NCBI GenBank assembly: GCA_031270705.1
Contig: JAISWW010000140.1
Coordinates: 722 to 64,721 of the forward strand
Reading direction: 5' to 3'
Source: Deltaproteobacteria bacterium
GTDB taxonomy: Bacteria; Desulfobacterota; Desulfarculia; Adiutricales; Adiutricaceae
Length of the DNA: 64,000 nucleotides
Positions 18,348 to 26,837 of this stretch are shown here, in pieces (the stretch's first letter is position 1; each line of letters starts with the position of its first letter). The notes below the pieces were generated by a model. It was not told the DNA's origin. It ran no database searches and worked only from the letters and a program-made list of their open reading frames with translations. Position numbers and translations under genes: made by a program.

Positions 18348-19091
18348 TTAAGCCTCGCCTTCGTTGGTCATCTCCAAAAACAGTTCCTCTAAGTCCCCTT
18401 GGCGGCCAACCTGGGCCCGCAAAGCCTCTTCCGTGCCTTCGGCCGTTAAGCGCCCCTTATTGATAATGCCAATCCGGTCGCATAAGCGCGAGGCCAAAGA
18501 CATGGTGTGGGTGGAGACAAACATAGCCACCCCTTCCTCGCGGGCTAGACGCCGAAAAATTTCCATGACTAGTTTGGCCCCCCGAGGATCTAAGCCCACC
18601 ATGGGCTCGTCCACCACTAAGATCCGCGGTTTGGGGAGCAAGGCCCCGCTCATGATCAGGCGCTGTTTCATGCCGTGGGAGTAGTTTTCAATCAACTCGT
18701 CGCGCCAATCCCAGAGATCAAAAAGATTTAAGAGCTCTTCGCTTCTTTGCCGGGCGATCTTGGTGGGCGTCCGATACAAGCCCGCCGTAAAGAGCAAAAA
18801 CTCCCAGCCCGAGAGTTTTTCATATAAAAAAGGCCGATCCGGAATGTAACCCAAGATAGTTTTGGCTTCCCGCGGCTGTTTGGCCAGATCGTAACCGGCC
18901 AAAAAAACTCGCCCCGCCGAAGGAGCCAGAGCCCCGGCCAAAATCCTAATGGTCGTGGTTTTGCCCGCTCCGTTGGGTCCTAAAAAACCGTAAATTTCCC
19001 CGGCCGGGACGGTCAAGGACAGATCAATGACCGCCTGATGTTGGCGATAATTCTTGGAGACATTCTCCAGACGGATTAAGGGCGTGGACAC
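18348..19091 (-). CDS. ABC transporter ATP-binding protein
   Basis: Walker A GPNGAGKTT, signature-like YSHGMKQRL, Walker B ILVVDEP. Start set at GTG 19091, one nt after the upstream TAG. The longer ORF to 19184 would add an Arg/Pro-rich extension that overlaps the upstream gene. Confidence 0.85.
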   Translation of the reverse strand: MSTPLIRLENVSKNYRQHQAVIDLSLTVPAGEIYGFLGPNGAGKTTTIRILAGALAPSAGRVFLAGYDLAKQPREAKTILGYIPDRPFLYEKLSGWEFLLFTAGLYRTPTKIARQRSEELLNLFDLWDWRDELIENYSHGMKQRLIMSGALLPKPRILVVDEPMVGLDPRGAKLVMEIFRRLAREEGVAMFVSTHTMSLASRLCDRIGIINKGRLTAEGTEEALRAQVGRQGDLEELFLEMTNEGEA

Positions 19092-19092
19092 G

Positions 19093-20022
19093 CTATTGGC
19101 CTTGGCCGGCCAAGGGGCCATCTGTGGTCTTCGCTGGATTTTCGGTCTTATTGGCCTCCGCCTCGTCTGGCCACAAAGCCCCAACGCCTTGATTGATGAT
19201 CATGTCCAACAAAGCCCTGGGCACGTGTTTAAGAATACCAGGCTTGGGCGGGGCGGCCAAAGCCAGCTGGGCTTCTTTTTGGCGATTGGGATCCGTCAAA
19301 ACGTCGATCCCAAACTTCAGGCCCGTGGCTTTTTGGCTGATCACCTGACCATCGGCCTGTACCCAGATGTCAGTTTGATCGGGATCCATAAACAAAGCTA
19401 ACTTATAAACCTTTTTCTCGGCGGCTTGGCTAGAAACGTCAATAATAGTCAGACTCGCGGGCCGAAACTCCAATTTTGAGGGGTCAAAGAGAGAGAAAAA
19501 GATGGGCCGCCCCAAAGGCAGATCGCGTTGCCGAGCCAGCCAAGGGATAAGGCCGGAAATGAGAATCGGGCCACTTTCGGGGATAGGTTTCGTTATTTCG
19601 CGAATATTTTGGCCTATCTGGAAGCGATAGTGAAGCTGGCCGTCTTTGATGGAGCTCGTGACGTCGGCTAAAGGTTTTCCGTCGGCCAAGAGATCTATGG
19701 TGAGCCTAGAGGATAACAAGGGGCCACTAGAGCTAAAAACCGCCGTGGATCGACAGCGGATCTCCCCTTCCGTTATTAAAAGGCTCAAATTTATTACAGT
19801 ATCTTCGGTTAAAGTAAGATTCTTGGTATTTTGGTCTAAAGTAACAAGACGCTTAGAGAAACCCAAGGTTTTCTGGCCGGCGACCAAAGCGTAATAATCT
19901 TGCCGCGGCTCAAAAGGGTAAAAGGAGCCACTACTAAAGGAGAAGTTGCCTACCCAGCCCCACCAGACCAGAATGGCCAACCCTGGTAGAAGAATAGCCA
20001 ACTTAATCAGATGTTTTTTCAT
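19093..20022 (-). CDS. membrane-anchored or periplasmic protein, first gene of the ABC operon (hypothetical)
   Basis: ATG 20022 is preceded by GGGGGA (the ORF is open to TTG 20037). N-terminal anchor MKKHLIKLAILLPGLAILVWWGW. No family recognised. Confidence 0.6.
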   Translation of the reverse strand: MKKHLIKLAILLPGLAILVWWGWVGNFSFSSGSFYPFEPRQDYYALVAGQKTLGFSKRLVTLDQNTKNLTLTEDTVINLSLLITEGEIRCRSTAVFSSSGPLLSSRLTIDLLADGKPLADVTSSIKDGQLHYRFQIGQNIREITKPIPESGPILISGLIPWLARQRDLPLGRPIFFSLFDPSKLEFRPASLTIIDVSSQAAEKKVYKLALFMDPDQTDIWVQADGQVISQKATGLKFGIDVLTDPNRQKEAQLALAAPPKPGILKHVPRALLDMIINQGVGALWPDEAEANKTENPAKTTDGPLAGQGQ

Positions 20023-20128
20023 ATTATCCCCCGACAATAGCCAGGCGGGCCAGGAGCGAAATAGGCCCCCGACGCGTTAAAAGGCTTTGGGGCAAAGTCA
20101 AAAGTTCTTTTGGCCGCTTGGAAAAATC

Positions 20129-20154
20129 TGGCCTGGGGGAACCCCCAGGCCAGT
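20129..20154 (-). terminator. rho-independent terminator downstream of the PHP gene
   Basis: ctggcctggggg-aa-cccccaggccag, 12-bp perfect stem. On the minus strand it is followed by atttttcc. Confidence 0.65.
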
Positions 20155-20236
20155 ATATTATAATGAAAAGTTGGTCATTTGAAAAAGGCGGGAAGGCGAG
20201 CGACTAGAATTGGCCGACTAGGGTTGGCCCAAAAAA

Positions 20237-20926
20237 TTACTCTAGCCCATCTTTCAGCTTGTACTCAGCCCAGCTAGCCACGATGTCCATGGCCTTAAGA
20301 TATTGCTCTTGGGTCAAACCCGCGCCCAAAGCCACTAAACGCTGGGTTTGGGGGGTTAAGATGTCGCCAATGTCGTGGGCGTCGGAATTGAACATGAGGT
20401 TAGCCCCGACTTCCAGGGCAATTTTAGCCACGTGGCCATTGGCGAGGCTATGGCCTGGCCGAGCCGTGAGCTCTAAAAAGACGCCGCGCTTTTTGGCTAA
20501 CTCCACCTGCTCGCGGGTCAAAAAGCCGGGGTGAGCCAAGATGTCGCAACTAGCCTCAATGGCCGCTTGGTTGGTGCCAGGGGCTACTGGCTCCACTGGG
20601 CTCTCCCCATGAACCACCACGAACTGGGCGCCCAATTCCCGAGACCAGGTCACTAAATCCTCAATTTGGTCGGGCGGCACATGGGTTAACTCCACCCCAG
20701 CCAAAATTTGTAGCCCCAGATGAGTCGGCAAAGCCCGACAAGCGATGAGGGCGCTCGTCAAGGTATGTTCCAAAGTGGAATGATCCACGTGGTCAGCCAG
20801 GCCCATAATTTTATAGCCATTGACCACGGCCCGGCGACCTAATTCGGCCGCTCCCAACTCGCCGTCAGAAATAAGGGTATGGGTATGAAAATCCAGCACT
20901 GGCCGGGTTTCTATTATGTCAGTCAT
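20237..20926 (-). CDS. PHP-domain metal-dependent phosphoesterase (histidinol-phosphatase-like)
   Basis: LDFHTHTLISDGE, GLADHVDH, VVVHGE and FNSDAHD His/Asp motifs. Start taken at ATG 20926 (MTDIIETRP) rather than the ORF maximum at 20977. Confidence 0.8.
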   Translation of the reverse strand: MTDIIETRPVLDFHTHTLISDGELGAAELGRRAVVNGYKIMGLADHVDHSTLEHTLTSALIACRALPTHLGLQILAGVELTHVPPDQIEDLVTWSRELGAQFVVVHGESPVEPVAPGTNQAAIEASCDILAHPGFLTREQVELAKKRGVFLELTARPGHSLANGHVAKIALEVGANLMFNSDAHDIGDILTPQTQRLVALGAGLTQEQYLKAMDIVASWAEYKLKDGLE

Positions 20927-21001
20927 GCTCAGCTCTCTTCCAAAAAAAGGCGATCGGGCGGGAGATAAAGGCCCCAAAAGTCCGCCCCGCCCGTAATGGC
21001 T

Positions 21002-21811
21002 TTAAACCTTAAGGGGCTCTTTTTCCATCATAATCAATAATTTCTCGCTGTTTTCAAACAAAACCTCGATTTTATTGGGATGAACCACCTTCTGCACAAA
21101 CCCCACCCCAAAATGGTCGTGGCTTAAAGCCTGGCCAGCCTCATAAACCCCAGAGATGAGGTAAGGAATCAAGCGAGCGTTGCCGTGCGAGGCTTTGAGA
21201 TCCTGCCACAGCTTGCGAGTGGCCTCAGTATCCTGGACTTGAACTTTGGAGGCCTTAGTCGGTCGAGTGGTTCCAGCCCGAGTCCGCGTCGATGGTTTGG
21301 CGGCGGCGCGGGGCTTGGCTTTGGCTTTTTCGGGCGTGGCCGGCGCGCCGAGCCGCTCCTCGGCGGCTAATCCCTCCAAAACCTCCATAAACTGATCGTT
21401 ATTGAGGAAATCATTGAGCTCATCATCGCCAACCTGACGGTCTCCTTCTTGACCGTCTAGTTGACCTTCAAGTTGTTGGCCATCATGTCGCGGCTCTTGG
21501 GACGGCTTTTCGGCGGAAGATTTGGCCGGCTTAATTTTCGTGACCTTGGGCGGCGCGGCCTTGGTTTTCGCGGTTTTGACTGACCCGGTCGAGCTCAAGG
21601 CGGCTTGAGACTCGTCGCCTTTGGTCTCTGGGGTCTTGGGCGCGGATTTGCGATAGTTATGTTGGGCTTGACAGGTTAGACAGACAACCTTTTTTATCTT
21701 GGTTCCCTCTAAAGCCACCACGCGATGATTGGTCACCAAATGACATTTGCCGCAAAAGGCGTCTATCTCGGCGCCCGCTCGCATTTCCGTATTTGGTCTG
21801 ACTAGAGTCAT
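21002..21811 (-). CDS. zinc-ribbon protein with charged disordered linker and small C-terminal domain (hypothetical)
   Basis: ATG 21811 is preceded by GAGGA. CGKC-x25-CLTC four-Cys ribbon. Lys/Ala/Pro- and acid-rich middle. C-terminal YEAGQALSHDHFGVGFVQKVVHPNKIEVLF. Confidence 0.6.
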   Translation of the reverse strand: MTLVRPNTEMRAGAEIDAFCGKCHLVTNHRVVALEGTKIKKVVCLTCQAQHNYRKSAPKTPETKGDESQAALSSTGSVKTAKTKAAPPKVTKIKPAKSSAEKPSQEPRHDGQQLEGQLDGQEGDRQVGDDELNDFLNNDQFMEVLEGLAAEERLGAPATPEKAKAKPRAAAKPSTRTRAGTTRPTKASKVQVQDTEATRKLWQDLKASHGNARLIPYLISGVYEAGQALSHDHFGVGFVQKVVHPNKIEVLFENSEKLLIMMEKEPLKV

Positions 21812-21924
21812 GGTATCCTCACAAAAAAGAAGATGACGCGCGCCCCCAAGGAAAAAAGCGCGCCCCAAAAATCGTTCGCTAAAAAGGCCAAATATTCGCC
21901 TAAAGCGAAATAGGCCTTAAAAAA

Positions 21925-23298
21925 CTAATTACGCAAACTGTGAACAGGAGCTGGAATTCGACCGCCCAAATCCATAAAAGTTTGAGCCTCTGGGTAATCG
22001 GCCACCGGCATAATGGTCGCCGAGCCCAATAAACCCCCATAACTCACTCGCTCGCCGGCCTTTTTGCCGGGCACGGGGATCAAGCGAGCGGCGGTGGTCT
22101 TATGATTTATCACCCCAATAGCCATCTCGTCAGCGATAAGGGCGGCTAAAGTGGCGGCGGAAGTCTCTCCAGGCAAAGAGATCATGTCTAAGCCGACAGA
22201 GCAAACCGCGGTTAAGGCCTCCAGCTTTTCTAGGCTCAACAAACCTTGTTCCACCGCCGCCCCAATGCCCAAATCCTCGGAAACTGGAATAAAAGCCCCG
22301 GACAACCCGCCCACGTGACTGGAAGCGAAGGCCCCGCCTTTTTTCACCGCGTCGTTTAAGAGAGCCAAAACGGCTGTGGAGCCAGGGGCGCCAATGCCTT
22401 TTAAACCCATGGCCTCAAAAATCTCGCCCACCGAGTCGCCCACCTGGGGAGCGGGGGCCAAAGACAGATCCACCACCCCAAACGGCAAGCCCAAGAGATC
22501 GGCCACTTCCCGGCCCAAAAACTCGCCTACTCTGGTGACCTTGTAAGCGGTGTGTTTTATGACCTCGCTTAAAGTTCCCAAACTAGGCCTTTGGGTTTGG
22601 CGCCTGGCCCTATCAATGGCTTTTTTGACCACGCCCGGTCCAGAGACGCCCACGTTTATAACCGCGTCTGGCTCCCCTAAACCCAAATAAGCCCCGGCCA
22701 TGAAAGGCATGTCCGGGGGGATATTGGCGAAAACCACCAGCTTCGCGCAAGCCAAGCCATCCCGATCGGCGGAAAGATTCGCGGTGTCTTTAATGATCTG
22801 GCCCATTCTGGCCACCGCGTCCATGTTGATGCCATCGCGGCTTGAGGCCACGTTCACCGAGGAACAGACCCGCGTCGTTTCGGCCAAAGCCTGGGGAATG
22901 GCCGCTAAAAGAGCCTCATCGCCTTTGGAGAAGCCCTTCTCCACCAAAGCCCCAAAACCGCCCACAAAATCGACCCCAGCCTCACCGGCGGCTTTATCCA
23001 AAACCCGGGCTACCTTAACCAATTCCAAAGGGCCAAAGGGACCAGCCAAGGCGCTAATGGGGGAGACGGCCAAACGCTTATTGACCACCGGGATGCCATA
23101 TTTTTCGGCCACCTGATCGCAGACTTTAACCAAGTTTACGGCGTAGCGGCTAACTTTGGCCAAGATTTTCGCCGACAGCCGACCCAAGTCGTCAGAAGCG
23201 CAATCTAGGAGAGAAAGGCCTAAAGTTATGGCCCGAACGTCAAGATGCTCGTTTTTGAGCATCTCTAATGTCGCTATGACTTCGCGATCCGTAAGCAT
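21925..23298 (-). CDS. UPF0210 / DUF711 family protein
   Basis: 457 aa. N-terminus MLTDREVIATLEMLKNEHLDVRAITLGLSLLDC and the overall length match UPF0210 proteins (often mis-annotated as PFL family). Confidence 0.8.
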   Translation of the reverse strand: MLTDREVIATLEMLKNEHLDVRAITLGLSLLDCASDDLGRLSAKILAKVSRYAVNLVKVCDQVAEKYGIPVVNKRLAVSPISALAGPFGPLELVKVARVLDKAAGEAGVDFVGGFGALVEKGFSKGDEALLAAIPQALAETTRVCSSVNVASSRDGINMDAVARMGQIIKDTANLSADRDGLACAKLVVFANIPPDMPFMAGAYLGLGEPDAVINVGVSGPGVVKKAIDRARRQTQRPSLGTLSEVIKHTAYKVTRVGEFLGREVADLLGLPFGVVDLSLAPAPQVGDSVGEIFEAMGLKGIGAPGSTAVLALLNDAVKKGGAFASSHVGGLSGAFIPVSEDLGIGAAVEQGLLSLEKLEALTAVCSVGLDMISLPGETSAATLAALIADEMAIGVINHKTTAARLIPVPGKKAGERVSYGGLLGSATIMPVADYPEAQTFMDLGGRIPAPVHSLRN

Positions 23299-23848
23299 GC
23301 CTTGTCTTGGACTCCCAGGGCGACCGCCAATTTAGGCCCCAGAATCAATCTAAAAAGATCAATCAAAAGCCAAAAGGCAATTTTTCTATATTTAAAGCCA
23401 AAAATTTAATAATAACAATTTTTTGGCCCAGAAAATGGGACTTGCCCAAATTCAGTTTAACCTAATAAATATAGTTGAAAACTTTCCAATAGTCAAGAGT
23501 TTTTTATATTTCGCCCGCCGCCCCGCGATCTCTTTGGAGGCCTTAGGAATCGGGGAAAGGCTTTGGTTTTTGGGAGCGGAGGCCTGGAAGGCTAAACTGG
23601 CCCTTTAAATACCCAAAGAGCGACCACATTAAAAATAGCGGCTTAATCGCTGTCAATTAGAATAATTATTAACGCTAAACTGTGTTTAAGAATAGTAAAA
23701 AAAGAGATTTCAACTAAAGCGCCTTTAAAGAGAGGAGCCTCGCGGAATTTCTTCTTTAGCTAGGGGTCAAAAATGTCTTCGGCTCCAGCCAAAGGCCAAG
23801 GTTCTGGGGGTTTAGGCGAGACCTGGGAAAAAATAATTAGATCTTTTT

Positions 23849-23872
23849 AAAAAACGCTAGCCGCGTTTTTTT
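23849..23872. terminator. weak A/T-flanked hairpin between the ACT gene and the UPF0210 gene
   Basis: aaaaaacgc-tagcc-gcgtttttt. Only three G:C pairs, so low stability. Confidence 0.3.
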
Positions 23873-24001
23873 AAAAAAGCTTGAGGCGTTCGAAAGGCCG
23901 AAAATAACCAAAAGCCTTAGCCAAAATAGCCATAGGCTATATATAAGGCCAAGGCGGACGGCTTTGGCTACTTAGCCAAAAGCCTTATTTATAAAAGCCA
24001 T

Positions 24002-24559
24002 TTATAGACGATGGAGGGCCTCAAAAATATCGCGATGCTGCAAATTGATCTCAATGCCGAGCTCCTCAGCGGTTAAAGCCAAGGCTTGCCGAAAAGCCGT
24101 TTGCTGTACGGCCACTGGCACGGAAATCTCCAAAACCAAAACCTGCGGCGCGACTCCCTCATCCGAAGACAAGGTGACGGCCCTTAAGTTATCGATATTG
24201 GCGTCAAAGGAAGCGACGGTTCGGGTAATCCCAGGAATTAGGTTGGGGTTGGAAGCTCCTTGGAGGGTAATGACGTAAGGCTCCATGACCGAAACTTCGG
24301 CGGGCCCAGCGGAGACGGAGGGCGGAGCGATAAAATACGAGAGACCCGTGTCGGCCAAAGCCTCGGCCAAACCCCGATCCAATAAGCCCTCGTCGAGGTT
24401 ATCTGGGGCGTTAATGGAAAAAAGACCGGCGAACTGGCCTTTTAAAGTTGTCTGGTTGACTTCCTCAATTTGGCCGCCATGGCTGGCCAAAACCTTGGAA
24501 ACCAGGTGGACTAGGCCCGGGCGATCCCGACCGACAATGGCGATGATGATTTCGGACAT
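24002..24559 (-). CDS. tandem ACT-domain protein (GcvR-like / UPF0237-related)
   Basis: 185 aa. IIAIVGRDRPGLVHLVSKVLASHGGQIEEVNQTTLKGQFAGLF is a typical ACT start. A second ACT-like half begins at MEPYVITLQGASNPNLIPGITRTVASFDANI. Confidence 0.75.
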   Translation of the reverse strand: MSEIIIAIVGRDRPGLVHLVSKVLASHGGQIEEVNQTTLKGQFAGLFSINAPDNLDEGLLDRGLAEALADTGLSYFIAPPSVSAGPAEVSVMEPYVITLQGASNPNLIPGITRTVASFDANIDNLRAVTLSSDEGVAPQVLVLEISVPVAVQQTAFRQALALTAEELGIEINLQHRDIFEALHRL

Positions 24560-24769
24560 CCTCTAAAGCTCCTTTGGGCGTCAATTCCAGAGGCACCCTA
24601 CCCCAAATGACCCTTTTTTTCAAGGGATAACCGCGAAAAATGGGCCAAAACCTGAAAAAATCTGGCCTAACCCTAGCCAAAGGGCTCTCATGGGCTTATA
24701 ATCGCCACCATTAAGAGAGGCCCGCAAGCCGAAGCCAAAAACCTATTTCTAAAATGAGGAGAATCGCCT

Positions 24770-25528
24770 ATGGCCGCGAAAGGCGTTCAGAGCCTGGATC
24801 TAAATAGCCCAAAAATTGACGCCCACGCTCATGTGGGCTTCTTTGGCTCTTGGTGCGGCGTGGCCGTCACCGCTCAAGAAATGGTCGAGCAAATGGACTT
24901 TTATGGCCTCCAAAAAGCCATCATTAGTTATCCGGACAACGAAGTGACTCTGGCGGCCCAAAAAGAGTTTCCCGACAGATTAAAGGCCTTGGCTTGGCTC
25001 AACCCCAATGATGGCCCCAAAGCCCTTTTAGAGTTTGAGCGTTTAAGCGAGCTAAAACTGATCCACGGCTTAAAGCTCCATCCCCTCTTTAACGCCTACG
25101 TGGCTGACGATGAGGTGGTTTACCCTTTGATGGAATTAGCTATTGAGAAAGATCTGCCCGTCTTTATCCACTCTGGCCACCCGCCCTTTTCTTTGCCTTG
25201 GAGCGTAGGAAGCTTAGCGGAAAAGTTTCCGCGCGCTCGGGTGGTCATGGTTCATATGGGCCATGGTCATGGGGTCTACATCCAATCAGCCCTGGAGACG
25301 GCCAAAAAAAGAGATAACATCTGGCTGGAAAATTCCGGCATGCCCATGCATACCAAAATCCAGGAGGCTTACCAAACGGTTGGGGCGGAACGCATCTTTT
25401 GGGGGAGCGATCACCCATTTCATCATTACGCCGTGGAAATTTTAAGAACCCAGGTTTGTGGCTTAAACCCAAGGCAATTGGCCGACGTTTTTCACGACAA
25501 CATCCAAAAGTTTATGGGCTGGCGCTAA
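24770..25528 (+). CDS. amidohydrolase-2 family metal-dependent hydrolase (TIM barrel)
   Basis: IDAHAHVG, FIHSGH, VMVHMGHGHG and FWGSDHPF metal-ligand motifs. 252 aa. AGGAG RBS before ATG 24770. Confidence 0.8.
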   Translation: MAAKGVQSLDLNSPKIDAHAHVGFFGSWCGVAVTAQEMVEQMDFYGLQKAIISYPDNEVTLAAQKEFPDRLKALAWLNPNDGPKALLEFERLSELKLIHGLKLHPLFNAYVADDEVVYPLMELAIEKDLPVFIHSGHPPFSLPWSVGSLAEKFPRARVVMVHMGHGHGVYIQSALETAKKRDNIWLENSGMPMHTKIQEAYQTVGAERIFWGSDHPFHHYAVEILRTQVCGLNPRQLADVFHDNIQKFMGWR

Positions 25529-25599
25529 GGTATAAGAAGAAGATAAAGCGTAAGAAGGAGCTAAAGCGTAAAAAAAGCGATAGGATATAAGAAGAAGAT

Positions 25600-25660
25600 G
25601 GTGGCGGGCGCCGAACGCGCTCGCCACCAAATAGCCAACCCTTTTCGGCTATTACTTTTT
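25600..25660. terminator. two adjacent hairpins between convergent genes (amidohydrolase and bcp)
   Basis: ggtggcgggcgc-cgaac-gcgctcgccacc (25600-25628) and aatagcc-n10-ggctatt (25630-25653). The second is followed by acttttt on the plus strand. Confidence 0.5.
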
Positions 25661-26119
25661 GAGTTCGGCCAATTTGGCCAAAACGGCCTCGGCGTGCCCC
25701 TTGGCTTTGACCTTGTCCCAGATTTGTTGGATGACGCCTTTGGAGTCCAGAAGAAAAGTGCTCCTAACCACCCCATAAGACTCCCGGCCACAAACCTTTT
25801 TTAAGCGCCAAACCCCAGCGGCTTGTAAGAGTTCCTTTTCGGGATCGCTCAATAACTTTAGGCCCAGCTCTTGTTTGGCGATGAAATTGGCGTGGGATTT
25901 GGGCGAATCCGGACTAACGCCCACCACAAGGGTCTTTTTTTCCTGGAACTTATCGACGAGGCAGGTAAACTCCTTGGCCTCTAATGTACAGCCAGAGGTG
26001 TTGTCCTTCGGGTAAAAGTAGACGACCGACCAATGGCCCAGAAGATTTTTCCGAGCGAAAGGTTTCTCGTCTTGGTCAGTCAGCGCGAAATCTGGAAACG
26101 GTTGTCCCGCTTCTAACAT
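25652..26119 (-). CDS. bcp: thiol peroxidase / peroxiredoxin, Bcp type
   Basis: 155 aa. Peroxidatic Cys motif VYFYPKDNTSGCTLEA. Typical Bcp length. Confidence 0.9.
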   Translation of the reverse strand: MLEAGQPFPDFALTDQDEKPFARKNLLGHWSVVYFYPKDNTSGCTLEAKEFTCLVDKFQEKKTLVVGVSPDSPKSHANFIAKQELGLKLLSDPEKELLQAAGVWRLKKVCGRESYGVVRSTFLLDSKGVIQQIWDKVKAKGHAEAVLAKLAELKK

Positions 26120-26584
26120 GATGCCTCCTTCCCCCAGGCTAGGCGCGCTCTAGCCATACTAATGACGCCTAAAATATCTTTAAAATACTAAATTACCCTG
26201 ATTCGCCGCCCCGCAAAAAAATTTGAGCCCTCGCGCGTCCACCTGAAGACATTATGGGCTCTATAATAACAAATTTTCCCTGATTTTAAGCGCCAACCTA
26301 TTTTTTTTACGCTGAAAAATCGGGCGATATTGACGGCCTAGCCCTATCTCTAACCCTAACCATAGCCCTAATTCATGAACAGACCAGGCCATGACCTTTA
26401 CTTTTCATTAAAAGCCTATTTAGATTTTTTTAATATTTAAATATTAATTTCAATCTTAAAGATCTTAAAAAATGAAATTTATCAGCCTTCTAACCTTCAA
26501 TTGAGGAGGTCAGTTTTTTTCCGCTCAGCCCGAAACTATTCTTTTCCGGTGGCCAAAAAATTTTTAGCTGGCCGATTTTTTTTA

Positions 26585-26613
26585 TTGACAAATAAAAAAA
26601 GAAGAATTATATT
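26585..26613 (+). promoter_or_regulatory. candidate sigma70 promoter of the hyd maturation operon
   Basis: TTGACA (26585-26590), 17-nt spacer, TATATT (26608-26613). Confidence 0.45.
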
Positions 26614-26705
26614 TATTCCTAACGTTCCAAGCGGACTTGTTCCTCTTGTGACCACGAACATACCGGATCATGCCTGAAGCTGAGATTATTTTTCAAGGCC
26701 AAAGT

Positions 26706-26769
26706 CGGATCGGTTGGGCTACTTTTTTGGTAGCCAACGGATACGCGGCCTTATGGGCCGTTTTTTTTT
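26706..26769 (+). promoter_or_regulatory. leader hairpin plus terminator-like stem with U9 run upstream of the TM1266-like gene (possible attenuator)
   Basis: Imperfect 16-bp hairpin cggatcggttgggctac / gtagccaacggatacg (26706-26745). It is followed directly by cggcc-ttatg-ggccg (26746-26760) and ttttttttt (26761-26769). Confidence 0.4.
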
Positions 26770-26837
26770 GGCCAATACTCTCGCTAATTAGCCATATCCT
26801 AGGCGAATTCAGGGCGTTATCCAGAGGGAGAGACGCG

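Noticed and set aside
19092-19184. N-terminal extension of the ABC ATPase (MGLCGQTRRRPIRPKIQRRP...)
   Set aside because: It overlaps the 3' end of the upstream gene and is Arg/Pro-rich. GTG 19091 sits one nt after the upstream stop and leaves a canonical ABC N-terminus (VSTPLIRLENVSKNY).
22700-23116. Long antisense ORFs inside well-supported genes (for example 22700..23116, 38799..39287, 40779..41192, 45821..46246, 53219..53650, 36134..36463)
   Set aside because: These are typical stop-poor antisense frames of GC-rich coding DNA. All are fully nested in genes with strong family motifs.
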